Shown: piece by piece, positions 1 through 15,258 of the stretch
Layout of the letters: each line of letters begins with the position of its first letter
Position numbering within the stretch: position 1 is the first letter of the stretch
Assembly: GCF_006345805.1 (NCBI RefSeq)
Contig: NC_043006.1
Location: 5,456,001-5,520,000 of the forward strand
Length of the DNA stretch: 64,000 nucleotides
DNA from: Octopus sinensis
Lineage: Eukaryota
Reading direction: 5' to 3'
The notes under the pieces: generated by a model
The model's input: only the letters and a program-made list of their open reading frames with translations
Databases searched by the model: none
What the model was told of the DNA's origin: nothing
Position numbers and translations under genes: made by a program

Positions 1-190
1 CAGGTTTGGTAGGCTTCAACTAACACTATCTCTTCCGGGACCCTGCGGCGCGAGTTGACCAAAATTGAGAGTATGATAGAAGAAGGCTTGCTCTTCATTC
101 CGTAGAAGATAAAATTCAAATCGGACCATGTTAACACTAAAAATTATTTACATCAAAAAGGTGCTTTTCTTCTATGAAAATCCCTATATT
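1..190 (+). mobile_element. Fragment of non-autonomous Helitron family A
   Basis: High similarity to 14243..14432. Confidence 0.65.
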
Positions 191-361
191 TTACAAATGA
201 GCTATATTCCACTTCTTAATTTGATTGGAGGCAATGCAAGCAGGAACTAAAGGAACATTACTAAGATCCACACACAAAGATCAAATACATACATATACTC
301 ATATATTCATTTATATCTACAGAACAGATATAAAATTCGACATATATAAATATAATAATAT

Positions 362-570
362 ATGGCCTAGTGGTTAGGGCAGCGGACTCGCGGTCGCAGG
401 ATCGCGGTTTCGATTCTCAGACCGGGCGTTGTGTGTGTTTATTGAGCGAAAACACCTAAAAGCTCTACGAGGCTCCGGCAGGGGGTGGTGATCCCTGCTG
501 TACTCTTTCACCACAATGGCGGTGCCCCAGCATGGCCACAGCTCAAGAGCTGAAACTGGAAAAACAAAAA
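362..570 (+). mobile_element. tRNA-SINE family A head with short tail
   Basis: A/B-box head TGGCCTAGTGG...GGTTTCGATTC; tail GCGGTGCCCCAGCATGGCC. Confidence 0.8.
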
Positions 571-1096
571 CAAACAAAAAACAAACACAAACAATATAAA
601 TAGATAAAAATCATATAATATATATAAATATATAAGAATCAGTGCAGTTTTACATACAAAACACAGTGAATTTACGCTTAAAGTTATAAAACATTGACAT
701 AATTAAAAATTTGGGATAATAAAACATAAAAGGGCTTACAGAAATACAGAAAAACCAAAATTACAAAAATCACAAATTTATTCATTTATTTCGGAGACGC
801 GCCAATTAATATGATACATTTCATATTTTTGAAACTGACATTCCCCCCATTAGGATTTTTTTTACACAACACAAAATACATAGAAACAAAACGTAAAATG
901 TATATGTTCTGTGATCAATAAAGTGCAGCGATATCTATAATAACCACCCTTCAATTTGATTTTCTGTTCCTAAGTTAATCGGAAATATAGATTGCCATGC
1001 TACTCATAAACCTTCTCAGCAGTTCAATTATTTGGTGAAAAAAATGCCACCAGAGCAATTTAAACCGTTCAAAGGACGGGATGCGTTTGCTAGTAT

Positions 1097-1297
1097 TCTT
1101 TTACTCTTTTACTGGTTTCAGTCATTTGACTGCGGCCATGCTGGAGCACCGCCTTTAGTCGAGCAAATCGACCCCAGGACTTATTCTTTGTAAGCCCAGT
1201 ACTTATTCTATCGGTCTCTTTTTGCCGAACCGCTAAGTAACGGGGACATGAACACACCGGCATCGGTTGTCAAGCGATGTTGGGAGGACAAACTCAG

Positions 1298-1330
<33 letters not shown>

Positions 1331-1494
1331 CATATACACGACTGGCTTCTTTCAGTTTCCGTCTACCAAATCCACTCACAAGGCTTTGGTCGGCCTGAGG
1401 CTTTAGTAGAAGACACTTGCCCAAGGTGCCACGCAGTAACCCGGAACCATGTGATTGGTAAGCAAGCTACTTACCACACATCCACTCCTGCGCC
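1097..1494 (-). mobile_element. tRNA-SINE family B (internal TA/TG microsatellite)
   Basis: Homologous to 54317..54740. Confidence 0.88.
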
Positions 1495-1999
1495 TATGTA
1501 TATATATATATATATATATATAAGGTGTGTTATGAGCTTTTATAGAACACGTATCCTATGAAACTCAACAAATAATTAAAGATGGAGAGAAGTTGTTAAA
1601 GGTTTTATAAAATTTTAATCCGCACATACGATCGTTTCGAACGGTAATATTAACATACGCAAGCAACGAGAGAAACAAATGGAAAACAAGACAAGTAACA
1701 CAAAGAACGGCCCTTCATCAGTTGTCGGCTGTATATATATACATGTATATATATACATATATATATATATATATAAAGTGTGTTACTATCTGGGAGATCT
1801 TTATGGTAGCAGAAAAGGAATTTTAACTCCTATTACTAAATTCGGTGCACGGTGAAGCTGACCCCTAATTATAATTATGTTTATAATTATAGAATATTTG
1901 TATAATTTTTCTTAAAAAGGTTATTTTAGCGTACCGATCTACTTGGATAAAATTATATATAACTATATATATATATATATATATAACTATCTATAGATA

Positions 2000-2297
2000 C
2001 GTTTAAATATTTGTTGTGCAAGATTTTTTATGTGAAGTCGTGTGTTGAAACAGATATTGTTATATTTCGGAATGGTCATTTTGCCAGTTTAGCCAATAAA
2101 AACACACGCACTATATATTTGGTGTTATTTTGCTTCAGTGTTATTTAATTTTTACATTAATCTTAATCTGGCCGAAATAAGATTAAGATTAATGTAAAAA
2201 ATAAATAACACTGAAGCAAAATAACACCAAATATATAGTGCGTGTGTTTTTATTGGCTAAACTGGCAAAATGACCATTCCGAAATATAACAATATCT
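2000..2297. mobile_element. Fold-back (hairpin) insertion, Penelope-like family relative
   Basis: 118-bp arms 2052-2169/2180-2297 with a 10-nt loop; TSD-like TATCT(A/C)TAGATA; end similar to the 22.3-kb and 61.5-kb elements. Confidence 0.6.
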
Positions 2298-3295
2298 CTA
2301 GATATTTATAGAGATACACATATATCTACATACATGACTTTATACGTATACATAATGTATAGGAGATTTCCAATGTGTATATACAATGTGTTCCGCAATT
2401 AAATATATAAGTATTATCATTAGTGTGGATGTGTATATGTATGTATACACATGTATTCATAAAGGCTCGTATTCGTGTACGAGATGCACTCATTTATAAA
2501 AATATAAATGAATATTAATACGTATAAATAGGCATGCAGATATTTATTTATGGCAATCTTTATTCTACGCACGTATATTTGCGCATTTCTATAGCTACCG
2601 ATTACACTTCGTTATCCTTTATAATTCTCTAAACAGCGTCGTGGGTTGAAAAACCAATATTGGCAATTCTCTTGCCTTTACGCAAATGGTAATTACTGCC
2701 AACCTCCGCCGGAAGTGAACACTTGGAGACGGTGCGTTGCGTGGACGCCATGCTGATTCTTGGAGGAGACTTATGCAGTGTGCAAATTTAGAAATGCCAA
2801 CAGCTAATTAGACAACACAGGCCTCACGTGTCACTCTCAAAGCACAACTCTGCCTCAATTCTTTAATGCACCCTGCTGAGAACTATGTGGGACTTTTTGA
2901 CTTCGCCAGCCTTCTCTAGTCTGTATGAGGGACGTTAAGCCTTAAGGAACTTTAAGGAATGAAAATCAAATTCAGAAGATTAGATGATAGAGACACTACA
3001 CTTGTCAAATAGATTTAATAAGAAATATGCGGATGCTTTAAAAAAAAACTGTTAAAATATTTCAAATACAATTTTGTAATTACACTTGTAATTTTTAATG
3101 TTTGAAATATTTTTAAATGGAGACATTATAAAACTAGTTTCAGTGCATTTAAATATTGCAAACTGCATTTCTGCATCTTCTGTAACTTTCCTCTCTCATA
3201 CTGTTTCCTTTCTTCTCTACTGTTTTGTTTCCTCTAAACGTTACTGTAATGAAGATGTAGGCGACAGAAACGACCTGAATATATTAATCATACTT

Positions 3296-3711
3296 AAGGC
3301 GGCGAGCTGGCAGAATCGTTAGCGCGCCGGGCGAAATGCTTAGCGGTATTTCGTCTGTCGTTACGTTGTGAGTTCAAATTCCGCCGAGGTCGACTTTGCC
3401 TTTCATCCTTTCGGGGTCGATAAATTAAGTACCAGTTACGCACTGGGGTTGATGTAATCGACTTAATACCTATGTCTGTCCTTGTTTGTTCCCTCTGTGT
3501 TTAGCCCCTTGTGGGTAATAAAGAAATAGGTATTTTGTCTGTCTTTACGTTCTGTGTTCAAATTCCGCCGAGGTCGACTTTGCCTTTCATCTTTTCGGGC
3601 TCGATAAATTAAGTACCAGTTTCGTACTGGGGTCGATGTAATCGACTTAATCCGTTTGTCTGTCCTTGTTTGTCCCCTCTATGTTTAGCCCCTTGTGGGC
3701 TATAAAGAAAT
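3296..3711 (+). mobile_element. SINE family C (Meta-domain-like), dimeric
   Basis: GGCGGCGAGCTGGCAGAA head; GCCTTTCATCCTTTCGGGGTCGATAAA core twice; TSD ATATATTAATCATACT. Confidence 0.9.
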
Positions 3712-3966
3712 ATATATTAATCATACTAATTTCTAGGCTCACAACAGTACATGTTTACGTTCTTACTTTCAAACGAGGTTTCCTTAATAAAGTATTTTTA
3801 TCCGTGCATAAGTGCTGTATGTAGACTGAAATGTTAAACGTTCATTAGACATATGAACAATTTTATCTGCCTTTCTAATGCTCTCCATTTTTGCAATGTT
3901 CTTAAAAGCATATACTTATGTTTATTATTGGTTTATATACATTACAAACCAATAACTTATAGAAAT

Positions 3967-4110
3967 ATTGATTTCAAAGCTTGGTACAAAGCCATCAAGT
4001 TTGGTGGAGGGGGTAAGTCAATTAGATTGACACCAGTGCTCAACTGGTATTCTTTTTATCGACCCTGAAAGGATGAAAGACAAAGTAAACCTCGCAGAAT
4101 TCGAACTGAA
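3967..4110 (-). mobile_element. SINE family C fragment
   Basis: Reverse-complement core sequence. Confidence 0.65.
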
Positions 4111-4992
4111 AATTATAAAAATATTACAAAACTTCTTTTTATATGTAAGTTACATTATATTATGAATGTTGCCTTATAATTGTCTTTTGTTTTTGGTTTG
4201 TAAGATTTTTGATGCGAAATCGTGTTTTGAAACACATTTTGTTGTACCTGTGGAGAATCATTATACCAGTAAGAAATACGTACACTGATTCTATTTCAGT
4301 TTTTCATTATTATTAGTTAACAAATTAACCATTTGATAAATTAACTAATCGATGATTTGATTCATCGTTCGATCAATCAATCAAACATTTAGGTTCATCA
4401 GCTCATTTGATCTTAATTTTGATCAAAATGCATTGTCTAGATTTTTAGTTTACTAATTTCATATAGTGCCCTTATTAAGCTAATTGGGTTTATATAACAT
4501 TAACTCTACATAACACCCTATAAATAATAAATACATCAACATTAATATTAACTGGTTAAATTAAAATGCCAATTCATGTAAATATATATATTGGTTATTG
4601 ACAGGTGTGAGAAAAGAAGGTGAAAATTCGAAACACTTTCTGTAACCAAGCATCATTTTCAATGCTGAATTCTGATGTGGCTAAAGGGTTCCCTCTAATT
4701 CGATGTGTGCAAGAAAATACCATAAGGCATTTAATCCGACTTCCTAATTATTATTCTTTCAATTCATCACCCATAATATTGATTATTATTTCTAATGTGT
4801 GTAAAAAAAACATAAACAAATTTTTAATTGGAGCGTTAGTCGAGAACATCGACCTAGTGTGTAACTGGTACTTTATTTTATATACCTCGAAAGCATGAAA
4901 AGCAAAGTTCATATTGGCAGGATTTGAACTGAATGGAAAGAATATGAACAGGTGCCACAAGGTATTTGTTTTGAACTCTAACATGTCAGACA

Positions 4993-4999
4993 ATGATGA

Positions 5000-5092
<93 letters not shown>

Positions 5093-5168
5093 CGATGACG
5101 ATGATGATGATGATGATGATTATGATGATGATGATGATGGTGATGATGAAGGTGATGATGGTGATGGT
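4993..5168. repeat. (GAT/GAC)n microsatellite
   Basis: Direct reading. Confidence 0.95.
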
Positions 5169-5960
5169 TTCTATAACTAATCACTAAAGCTTTAAACAAA
5201 GGTCGAAGATCGATGGTAGTACAAGACGACTCAACACAATAATATACGGTACGATATGATATAGGGTTATATGAAGGCGTGTAAAGAGTTAAATAGCAAA
5301 AACAAAGAAACAAAAAGTCCAAGCCAGAAAATTCCTCAAAAGGGGGTAGATCTGCAAGGTCTCCTTGAGTAATCCTGATAAAACAACGGTCAATCTCACA
5401 ACTTGGATGAATGTTCTTTCCTCATCCTCCTCCCCCATTCTATAGGTGCATGTTCAAGGCAGAACCGTTCGCTTAAACTATTTGTGCCACTCTCACCCAC
5501 CCTCCAACAAGATGGCTGCACATCCCTCTTTAGCTACACTTGCCCTATCAAGTGAAATTTGAAAAAGGTAATGAGGCCAAAATGGAAAGTATCTCTCTTC
5601 AGCTCTTTCAGTTCTGTCCACCACACAGCCTCTTTCGCTAAAGCCATCAGACAGATGGCCACTGTCCTTCTTTGCTAAGAAAAGCGATGGAACGTTATTC
5701 TCAGCAGACTCAGTCGATAGTCGGATCTGTCCTACACATAGAGCAATGCTCGGGCACTGGACGTGGGTATGCAGAACATTTTCTCACTGTGAGCACATTG
5801 TAGCCAGGCTCAACCGATAGCATTTTCAAGCCTGATGAGTTTCTTTTGTAAAACACCAGCTGGTTGATTTTCGTTGACGTTAGTCTCTCCGAAAAAGTCG
5901 TCGCTCTTGCCCGCCACCAGTCCGCTCTAGAATGCCAAAGTAAAACTTCCACCAACCGTG

Positions 5961-6257
5961 TTCCTTCTCGAGCCATGCCTAGCCCATAAGGGCCGGTTTC
6001 CCGGTTTCCTTGGCGTATAGGTTCCCCACCTGGACTGGACGCCGGTCTGTCGCAGGTGAGCTGCAAGGTGCAGGAGGAAAGAGTGAGAGAAAGTTGTGGC
6101 GAAAGAGTCAACAGAAGTTCGCCATTACCTTCTGCTGGAGCCGCGTAGAATTTGGGTGTTTCACTCATAAGCACACACATCACCCGGTCTGAGATTCGAA
6201 AACGCGATCCCTCGACCGCGAGTCTGCTGCTCTAACCACTAGGCCATGTGCCTTCGC
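5961..6257 (-). mobile_element. tRNA-SINE family A head with V-like tail
   Basis: Homologous to 39686..39993. Confidence 0.8.
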
Positions 6258-6774
6258 ACCGACCGTATTGCTCAACTGACGGCTCTCTAGCTGTTATGCG
6301 TCCGGTCTCTGTTTACTTTTGCTTCAAGACTGCAGCTCTGTCCAAGAGACGAGCTTCAGAAAAGCGAGTCTAACAGAAACCAACCACACCAACATTAAGA
6401 GGAAACTGGAGACGTCATAGCTTCAGTGCATGTCAGCACTTCATCGACCACGGCTTACCTAGTCTTCCACTCAGCAGGTGTTGACACCACATGGAACAGT
6501 TGGTCATTGGAACGTGTCCCTTCCATAGAAAGCGGGAAATTAGACACTCCAGTGCGATTACAGTGAAAAGGTTAAAAGCCATACAATTATTTCCGACGAA
6601 GGCAATATATGCGTTTGCTGCTGTTGCTGTTGCTGTTGAGCGAAGCGGTCTTCGTCCCAGAGCTCGCAAGATCGCGCCTCTGTAGGGGAGAAGTCCGAAA
6701 CTTGGTAAGACCCGCAGAAAAGAAAGCAGGTCAACTCCCGACACCGAGGGCATCCGCGGGTGGATGAATGCGCA

Positions 6775-7004
6775 TCCAGGCTCAGCGGTTGCGTAGGATG
6801 TCGGGAACAAGAAACAGGAAGAAAGAGTGAGAGAAAGTTGGAGCGAAAGAGTACAACAGGGGTCGCCATCACCCCCTGCCGGAGCCTTGTGGAGCTTTAG
6901 GTGTTTTTGCTCAATAAACATACACAACACCCGGTCTGGGAATCGAAACATCGATCCTCCGACCGCGAGTCTGCTGCCCTAACCATTGGGCCATTGCGCC
7001 TCCA
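6775..7004 (-). mobile_element. tRNA-SINE family A head with third tail type
   Basis: Head matches 29333; diverges after TTCCTGTTTCT. Confidence 0.78.
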
Positions 7005-7947
7005 CTTGCGTTTGCTGCTTATGCCCGACCTTTCTGGAATATCTTTCTCACGGCCCATTTCTGAATGTGATCGGCTACTCCGCTCGTCCCTGGACCAAAT
7101 CAGACATCTAGCGATTTAACTGATCCGCCCATCCAGCGTGCCATAGCGCTGTTAGACTGCATGGTGGCGTCCAGCACGTGCTGAACTGCAGGTACGCTAA
7201 CTTTTCTAAGTTGGTTTTTGCTCTTATTTCCATAACGTATTTTCTTCGAGCAGTGCTGCTTAACTCTATGTGTCTGCTGTCCGATAGCATGATGGTAACG
7301 CCATCTGCGTATGCCAACACACTTCTCTCACGTCCTAGTTTACGCGGAATCCGCCTCTACGTCTCCACTTGTCATAGTATTAGAATTAAAGCCAGTACAT
7401 ACAGAAGCGACAAAGCCTTCATTGTTGAGGGTTGCATCAGGCTGTCGAAGTAGGCGCTGAAATCCATGGCATTCTGGCCCGCCATTCATCTGAACAGCTG
7501 AGCGAATTACAGCTGAAATGCCGTACACATCTACTCATACTTGGATAGCATTGATACATTATGGTCCACCAAAGACCAAACCGTGGTTCTATTGTGTTGC
7601 TCTTCACCCAACGATCAGTTTTTGTGCCTTAGAGTGACATAGAACATGTGCCTTACCTCAAAAATGTACGCTTTGCTCTTTGCGTTGAAAAATTGGTCAA
7701 GGGTGAAACTTTCCTCACGCCCTCGAATGCAATACTTTTCTTCTAAGTTTTAATGCGGTCGCACTCTAAGCTATGTTCTATCGCTATTTCTTTGCTAAAC
7801 TTTATTGATTCTGCTTAAATCGCGCTTTCTAGAGCGTACCACCATTTGTTATTGACCATCAGTCACGTCAATGCCCGCTTAACTAATTGACTAATCCGAT
7901 TTCAGTAAGTTTGCTGCGCCGGGAGTGACGCGTTTAGCTTCCAATAA

Positions 7948-8048
7948 TGCGTGGTACCTTCGGCAAGTGTCTTCTACTACAGCCTCGGGTCGACCAAAGC
8001 CATGAGACTGGATTTGGTAGACGGAAACTGAAAGAAACCCGTCGTTTG

Positions 8049-8133
<85 letters not shown>

Positions 8134-8322
8134 CTTGTGTCTGTGTTTGTCCACCTCATCGCTTGACAACCGATAATGGTGTGTAATCTAGCGGTTCGGC
8201 AAAAGAAACCGATAGAACAAGTACTAGACTTACAAAGAATGTCCTGGAGTTGATTTTTTTTACTAAAACTCCTTAAGGTGGTGTTCCAGCATGGCCACCG
8301 CCAAATGACTGAAACAAGTAAG
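7948..8322 (+). mobile_element. SINE family B, 5' truncated
   Basis: Homology to 54317 copy. Confidence 0.82.
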
Positions 8323-8408
8323 GAATATAGTTATAAATATGCACACATGCATACAGGGAATATATATATACATATATATTGAATCCCACGAGTGGATTCC
8401 TTATGTGT

Positions 8409-8705
<297 letters not shown>

Positions 8706-9104
8706 TTTTATTTTGGAATAAATATTTCTCCCTCTTGGTAGTCATATAATTCTGCCTCTTAGAATACTTTTTCATCAAAAATCTAAACGTTGCTGCAACA
8801 GACATTTCAATTTTGCATAAGTCTGCCGAGACGGTATTCACACGGCAAAACTGCTGAAGTCTTCTGGCATTGTTTCTAAGAGCTGAGGAAATGTCGCGAA
8901 CATCTGGACAAGATTATTTAAAGAGGGGCTCACCCACCACATTCTGCTTCTCTTTGGGAATTTTACTCTGTCTTTTTCTCGCTCTGTTTCCCTTACAGAA
9001 ACTTCTAAACTCACCACCGTTCTAGCTATCGCACATCATCTTGCACACACAGACACACGCCACTCTGTTTCTTCTCTCCTATACTTGCTCTTCTCTGCCT
9101 AAAT

Positions 9105-9136
<32 letters not shown>

Positions 9137-10482
9137 CCTTGAAGCACTGTAGGTTCATTAATAGTTTATATATTGTATATCACAGTGTATATTATATGAG
9201 AGGACAGATAACATGAAGCGATGAATTCATATCCAGCCGCAGGCAAATAAGGGGCGTCCGCTTCACATTGTTCTTGTCAACCTACCAGTCATCTTTGTTA
9301 GGGCAATTAATTCTACCTATGCACCCTTCAGCTGAATTGGATAAACATCAGTATCACATCACAATCATTCTATGCTCAGATGTTTTATTTCTATTAAAAT
9401 ACATGCAATGTTTTGCAGCAATTACGAAAACGGTCTTATATTTCTATATTTTTGCCTCTTGTTGTCTGTCTCACTTGTCTTTAACACAAACACATGTAAT
9501 CACCCCCCACACACACACAAATACACTCACACACACATATACACACATAAATACATACACATACACACACATTCACATATTTATGTTTGTATCTATGCAG
9601 GTATGTATGTATGTATATATGTATGTGTAATTTTATTCAAAAGCTGAATTAGCCATCAATTATATTCCGACTGTCGCCCTATTTTGTAATATTATTTATG
9701 CACTTTTGCCCTTCAGAACTGGTTAGAAAGCTTCACCGTGTTTTATGAGCTCCATAAGGCTTATCTTTGTGACTAATGAAGATTCCAACGTACAGTCGGT
9801 GTCGTATCTTGAATTCTTTAAGTTACTAAACTTCTGCGGTAACCATTTGCAAAAATAAGCAAATCTATCTTGCATTCTCTGTTAGCCATAATCATTAATG
9901 TTAAGATCTAAAACTCTTGAAATAGAGGAATATGATTTATAGTTGAAAACAAAAACATTTTTAGGAAGCAGCACTCTAAACTTGGTAATAAAAAGTACAA
10001 GCACCATTGATAAAACAAATAATTCGAATAATTTTTATGATGATGTTTACATACATAAATACAAATACACACAAACATATATGTATATATATATGTGTAT
10101 GTGTTTTTATATAAAACGCCATATGTTTTTTTTATGTGAGTGTGTGATACCCACAGTCGAAGTACTTATAGCGGTGTGTAAATATGGGTGTGCGTCAGTA
10201 TGAATGTATGATTGCATATATATGAAATTGTATAATATAGAAGAGAAATGATATATATGATTGTGTGCGCGTGTATTTATGTGTGTATGTATACATACGT
10301 ATATTTTTGTGTATGAGTGTCTGTGTATGTATGTATGTACTCGTGAACCCGTGTGCATAAAATTGCATAATATAAAGGAGACATGTGCGCGCATACACAT
10401 ACACGTGAACACACACAGAGATATGTATGTGTGTGTGTGTCGCGCGTGTGTATGTGCACGTATGTGTGTATGTATGTATTTA

Positions 10483-10560
<78 letters not shown>

Positions 10561-10863
10561 TGTATGTATGTGTGTATGTATGTATGTGTAATATATATAT
10601 ATATATATGTATGCATATATGTATGTATATGAAATTACATGTGCTTTACCACAACAGATCATCAGAGAATTCTTTATTGCATTATGTTACAGAGAACAAA
10701 CATCCATAGTTGGGTAGATGTAGATGTCAAGGCATTTATAAGTGTTTTGTGAGGGAATTAGGAAGAAAAAAAAGCAACTGGCAAAGAAAGATAAAGACGG
10801 ATTGAGAAACAAGAGAAAGGGAGAGCGAAAAGGTGATAGGAAACATAAAACAGGGAGTAAGTT

Positions 10864-11090
10864 AAGGGAGCTGGCAGAAACGTTAGCACGCCGGGCGAAA
10901 TGCTTTGCGGTATTTCGCCTACCGCTACGTTCTGAGTTCAAATTCCGCCGAAGTCAACTTTGCCTTTCATCTTTTCGGGTTCGATAAATTAACTACCAGT
11001 TTCGCACTGGGGTCGATGTAATCGACTTAATCCCTTTGTCTGTCCTTGTTTGTTCCCTCTATGTTTAGCTCCTTGTGGGCAATAAAGAAA
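10864..11090 (+). mobile_element. SINE family C monomer
   Basis: Head plus one core. Confidence 0.86.
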
Positions 11091-11397
11091 AAAGAAAGAG
11101 AAAAAGAGTGATAAACAGGCAGAGATTCGATCAAGACTGTATATAAAGGAAGAACAAGAGAATGAAAGAATAGAAGGTAAAACTAAGCTGGACGACAAGT
11201 AAAGGGGATAAACAAAACAATAAAACATTAGATAAACAACATGTTGACTTTAGTGAAAATTAAAAAAACACTAAATACACCCAAGTGATTGTGAAAGAGA
11301 AGAGAAAGATAAAAATCCATAATGGAAAAGAGAGTACAAGAGAGGGAAGAGAGAGGTAAGAGATTTTAAATATGAGTGTTCAGAAATTGTCAGTTAC

Positions 11398-11605
11398 TAC
11401 TCTTTTACTCTTTTAGTTGTTTCAGTCATTTGACTGTGGCCATGCTGGAGCACCGCCTTTAATCGAGCAAATCGACCCCTTCTTTGTAAGCCTAGTACTT
11501 ATTTTATCGGTCTCTTTTGCCGAACCGCTATGTTACTGGGACGTAAACACACCAGCATCGGTTGTCAAGCAATGTTGGGGAACAAACACATACATACAAA
11601 CATAT

Positions 11606-11663
<58 letters not shown>

Positions 11664-11710
11664 CATATATACGACGGGCTTCTTTTCAGTTTCCGTCTAC
11701 CAAATCCACA
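11398..11710 (-). mobile_element. SINE family B, 5' truncated
   Basis: Homology to 54317 copy. Confidence 0.82.
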
Positions 11711-11913
11711 CATGTATGTGTCTTATGTATGTGTGTACGTATGTATGTATGTATGTACGTATGTATGTATGTATGTGTGTATGTATGTATGTATGCATGC
11801 ATGTATGCATGTATGTATGTATGTATGTATGCATGCATGCATGTATGCATGCATGCATGTATGCATGCATGTATGCATGCACTATGTATGTTTTATGTAT
11901 GTATATATATATA

Positions 11914-12905
11914 CAGGGTGGGTGGAAAGTAACTAAGCATTAGAAATTGCTTTTAGAATTTGTAATACCACAGACAACACCAAAATGGATTTCTTATTTT
12001 CTTAATGTCTTATTTATTATTTTCCGGATGGCACGCTATGAAATGTGGAATTCCATTGTTTGGGTTCAGAGATGCTAGCGTGCATGGAAAGGTATGCATG
12101 CAACACTACGTCCGGAGACAATAAAATGTTGTCATGCAAAGCTGATGACCACGGGCTCTGTGAACGATGCAAAAAGAAGTGCCCCCCCCCCAACCACGTC
12201 CCGATGAGCGGAGACATGGCAAAAGTGCAGGAAAGATTTTTAATTGCAGATCACAAAAATCAACATGTCAAGCAGCTCATGAAAGTGGATTAACAAGACA
12301 CGCAATACTACGGTGTTGCATGAAGAATTGAATTTCTGTTCGTGGAAATCCCATTTCGTGCAGGAGCTAAATCCCGAAGACTTTGTCCACAGAATGGAAT
12401 ATGGAGAGTTAATGCTAGGTTGGCATGAAGATTGGCTGGGATAACATGGGTGACCTGATATTCATACAGGATGGTGCACCACCCAATTTTGCTTTTACTG
12501 TGCGTGCGTGGTTAGACCGGCATTTTCCTGGACGTTGGATGGGACGATGCGGACCTCCTGAATGGCCTCCAAGAAGTCCAGATCTCACTGTATGTGAGTT
12601 TTATCTGTGGATTTACACGAAAGAAGAGGTGTACAAGACAAAACCTCACACGGTGGCGGACTTGGAGACACGGATTCAGGAGGTTCTCAGTCATATCTCA
12701 GACAACGCACTTCAGAAGGCTGTTCATTCCATCCCTCGCCGTTTGAGGAAACTGGTTGACGCCACCGGTGCTCACGTTGAAATATGAAGGTTCACTTTCA
12801 TTTTCCCCATGTAGTGAAGAACATGTATCATTTGTTTCAATAAATTTGTAAAAGCAATATGGATTTTATTACCAATTTTTAATGCCTACTTACTTTTCAC
12901 CCACC

Positions 12906-12908
<3 letters not shown>
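11914..12908 (+). mobile_element. Internally deleted Tc1/mariner element (DD41D/rosa-like)
   Basis: ~36-bp TIRs CAGGGTGGGTG(G/A)AAAGTAA..., TA target; QDGAPP...WPPRSPDLT ORF remnant with 41-residue spacing. Confidence 0.88.
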
Positions 12909-12954
<46 letters not shown>

Positions 12955-13076
12955 TACCTCCGGATACATATATTCGTAATGGTATGGATTGTATATTTAT
13001 GCACGTGTGTGAAAAGTTTTTTCTCAGTTTAATTCTGCCTACCGTAATATTTTCGTTTCAAAGTATGAATTTTCGT

Positions 13077-13726
<650 letters not shown>

Positions 13727-14206
13727 CGACAACATCCTCGCATCCTGATATATTTGCCTCACCAGTGCATATTTTCTTGCCGTCAGTTGCAGATAGGTCA
13801 TCATCGTATAGCAAAGCCTGTAGACAATATTCTGTCATAATCAGTCGCGTGGCCGGCAGCTGTAAGAGACATCATGAGCAAATCCATGTCAAGCTGAGAG
13901 AGAGAGAGAGAGTAAGAGCATTAGCAACAACAACAGCAATAGTAGTAGCAGCAGCAGCAACAGCAGCAACTCAGCTACAGGAACAGCAGCAGTGGCAAAC
14001 AAACTCAGTAACAGCAATAACAATAACACCGAGCAGTTTCAGCCGAGGTGGTTGTTGTTGGGAGTGAAACTTTATTGTTTTAGTTCGCTTAGGTCCTAAC
14101 AATAGTTATGTACGAGTTGGTTTTAGAAACTAATACGACCAAAACAACAATAGACGAATGATTTTTCATAGTTCCTATTTCTAACTCTTTCTAGACGTTT
14201 CCCTTA

Positions 14207-14589
14207 TCTCTCTCTATATAAAGCTGAAGTTGTCTGTGCGTGACAGGTTTGGTAGCCTTCAACTAACGCTATCTCCTCCGAGACCCTGCAGCGCAAGTTG
14301 ACCAAAATTGAGAGTATAATAGAAGAAGGCTTGCTCTTCATTCCGTAGAAGTAAAAAATCAAATCGGACCATGTTAACACCAAAAATTATTTACATAAAA
14401 AAGGTGCTTTTTTTTCTATGAAAATCCCTATTTTTTGACTGCCGTGTCGCCATTTTTCGGTGTATTTCAACCAGAAAAATGTTCCCTTAAAGAGAATAAC
14501 AAGCTACATAATGCAAAATGTTTACTTTTCAAAAATTTCAATTCTAAAGGGTCGAAACAAACCCGAGCAACGCCGGGCGATACTGCTAG
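14207..14589 (+). mobile_element. Non-autonomous Helitron (family A)
   Basis: A|TC 5' end, subterminal hairpin CCCGAGCAACGCCGGG, CTAG|T 3' end, no TSD. Confidence 0.78.
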
Positions 14590-15258
14590 TACTTTTATAA
14601 ATTCAGAGTATTTTTGTCCCTTTAGCCAGTAGTAAAAGGATTTTTTGTGTCCTCTCTCCCTAACAAGTTGCCCCGACTGCTATTTATTTACGACAGTATT
14701 CTTTTACCGCTGTATTTTAAACAGCTGTAAGGGGAAAGCAATGTGTTCAATGTCGACGAATTTTATTAGCTATTTTCATTAATATTTAGTTATGTAAATT
14801 GTGTGCGTTCCAGTAGATTCAATGCACATCTACATATATATGGCAGAATCTTAAATCCCAAATGTACCATAGATGCTTTATGCATACAGCGGAGGAAGCC
14901 TTTAAACCCAATTATTTCCCTTTATACATTAATCTGATATGATTTTGAATTTGCGTGTAAATTTAGAAAAGTTTCATCGGGGAGAATTAGTGAATTTGTG
15001 ATAAAGAGGAAAATCGAAGGATCTCTCACTCTTTCTCTCTCCCCCTCTCTCATTCTCTCTTTATATATATTTGCGTGTGTATATGTGTGTTGGTGTGTGT
15101 GTGTGTGTGTGTGCATGCATGTAGAAGTATGGATATGTAAGTACTATAATATTCACGCACATCATATGCGAACACATATATGTGTATATGTATGCATATA
15201 TGTATATATGTATGTATGTATGTATATATGTATGTATTAATTATGTATGTACGTATAC

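Larger units (their letters stand above)
5480..7940 (-). mobile_element. Degraded LINE ORF2 (L1/Tx1-like), interrupted by SINEs
   Basis: GC-richer block; LAYADGVTIML (YADD-like) near 7300; WWRARATTFSERL; many stops. Clade assignment is inference. Confidence 0.55.

Noticed and set aside
1621-1730. Possible hammerhead on - (CTGATGA...GAAA-CGATCG-TA)
   Set aside because: Core words and a palindromic stem III are present, but stems I and II do not pair; at best a broken Penelope-like relic.
4914-5322. Poly-D/H/M ORFs
   Set aside because: Translations of a (GAT)n microsatellite.
9268-11943. YI/CV/HT-rich ORFs (also at 18.3, 21.6 and 46.6-48.2 kb)
   Set aside because: Di- and tetranucleotide microsatellites lacking stops.
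12425-12787. Functional transposase, or a novel DD41E type
   Set aside because: Element is internally deleted with stops; the D>E change is one base in a dead copy.
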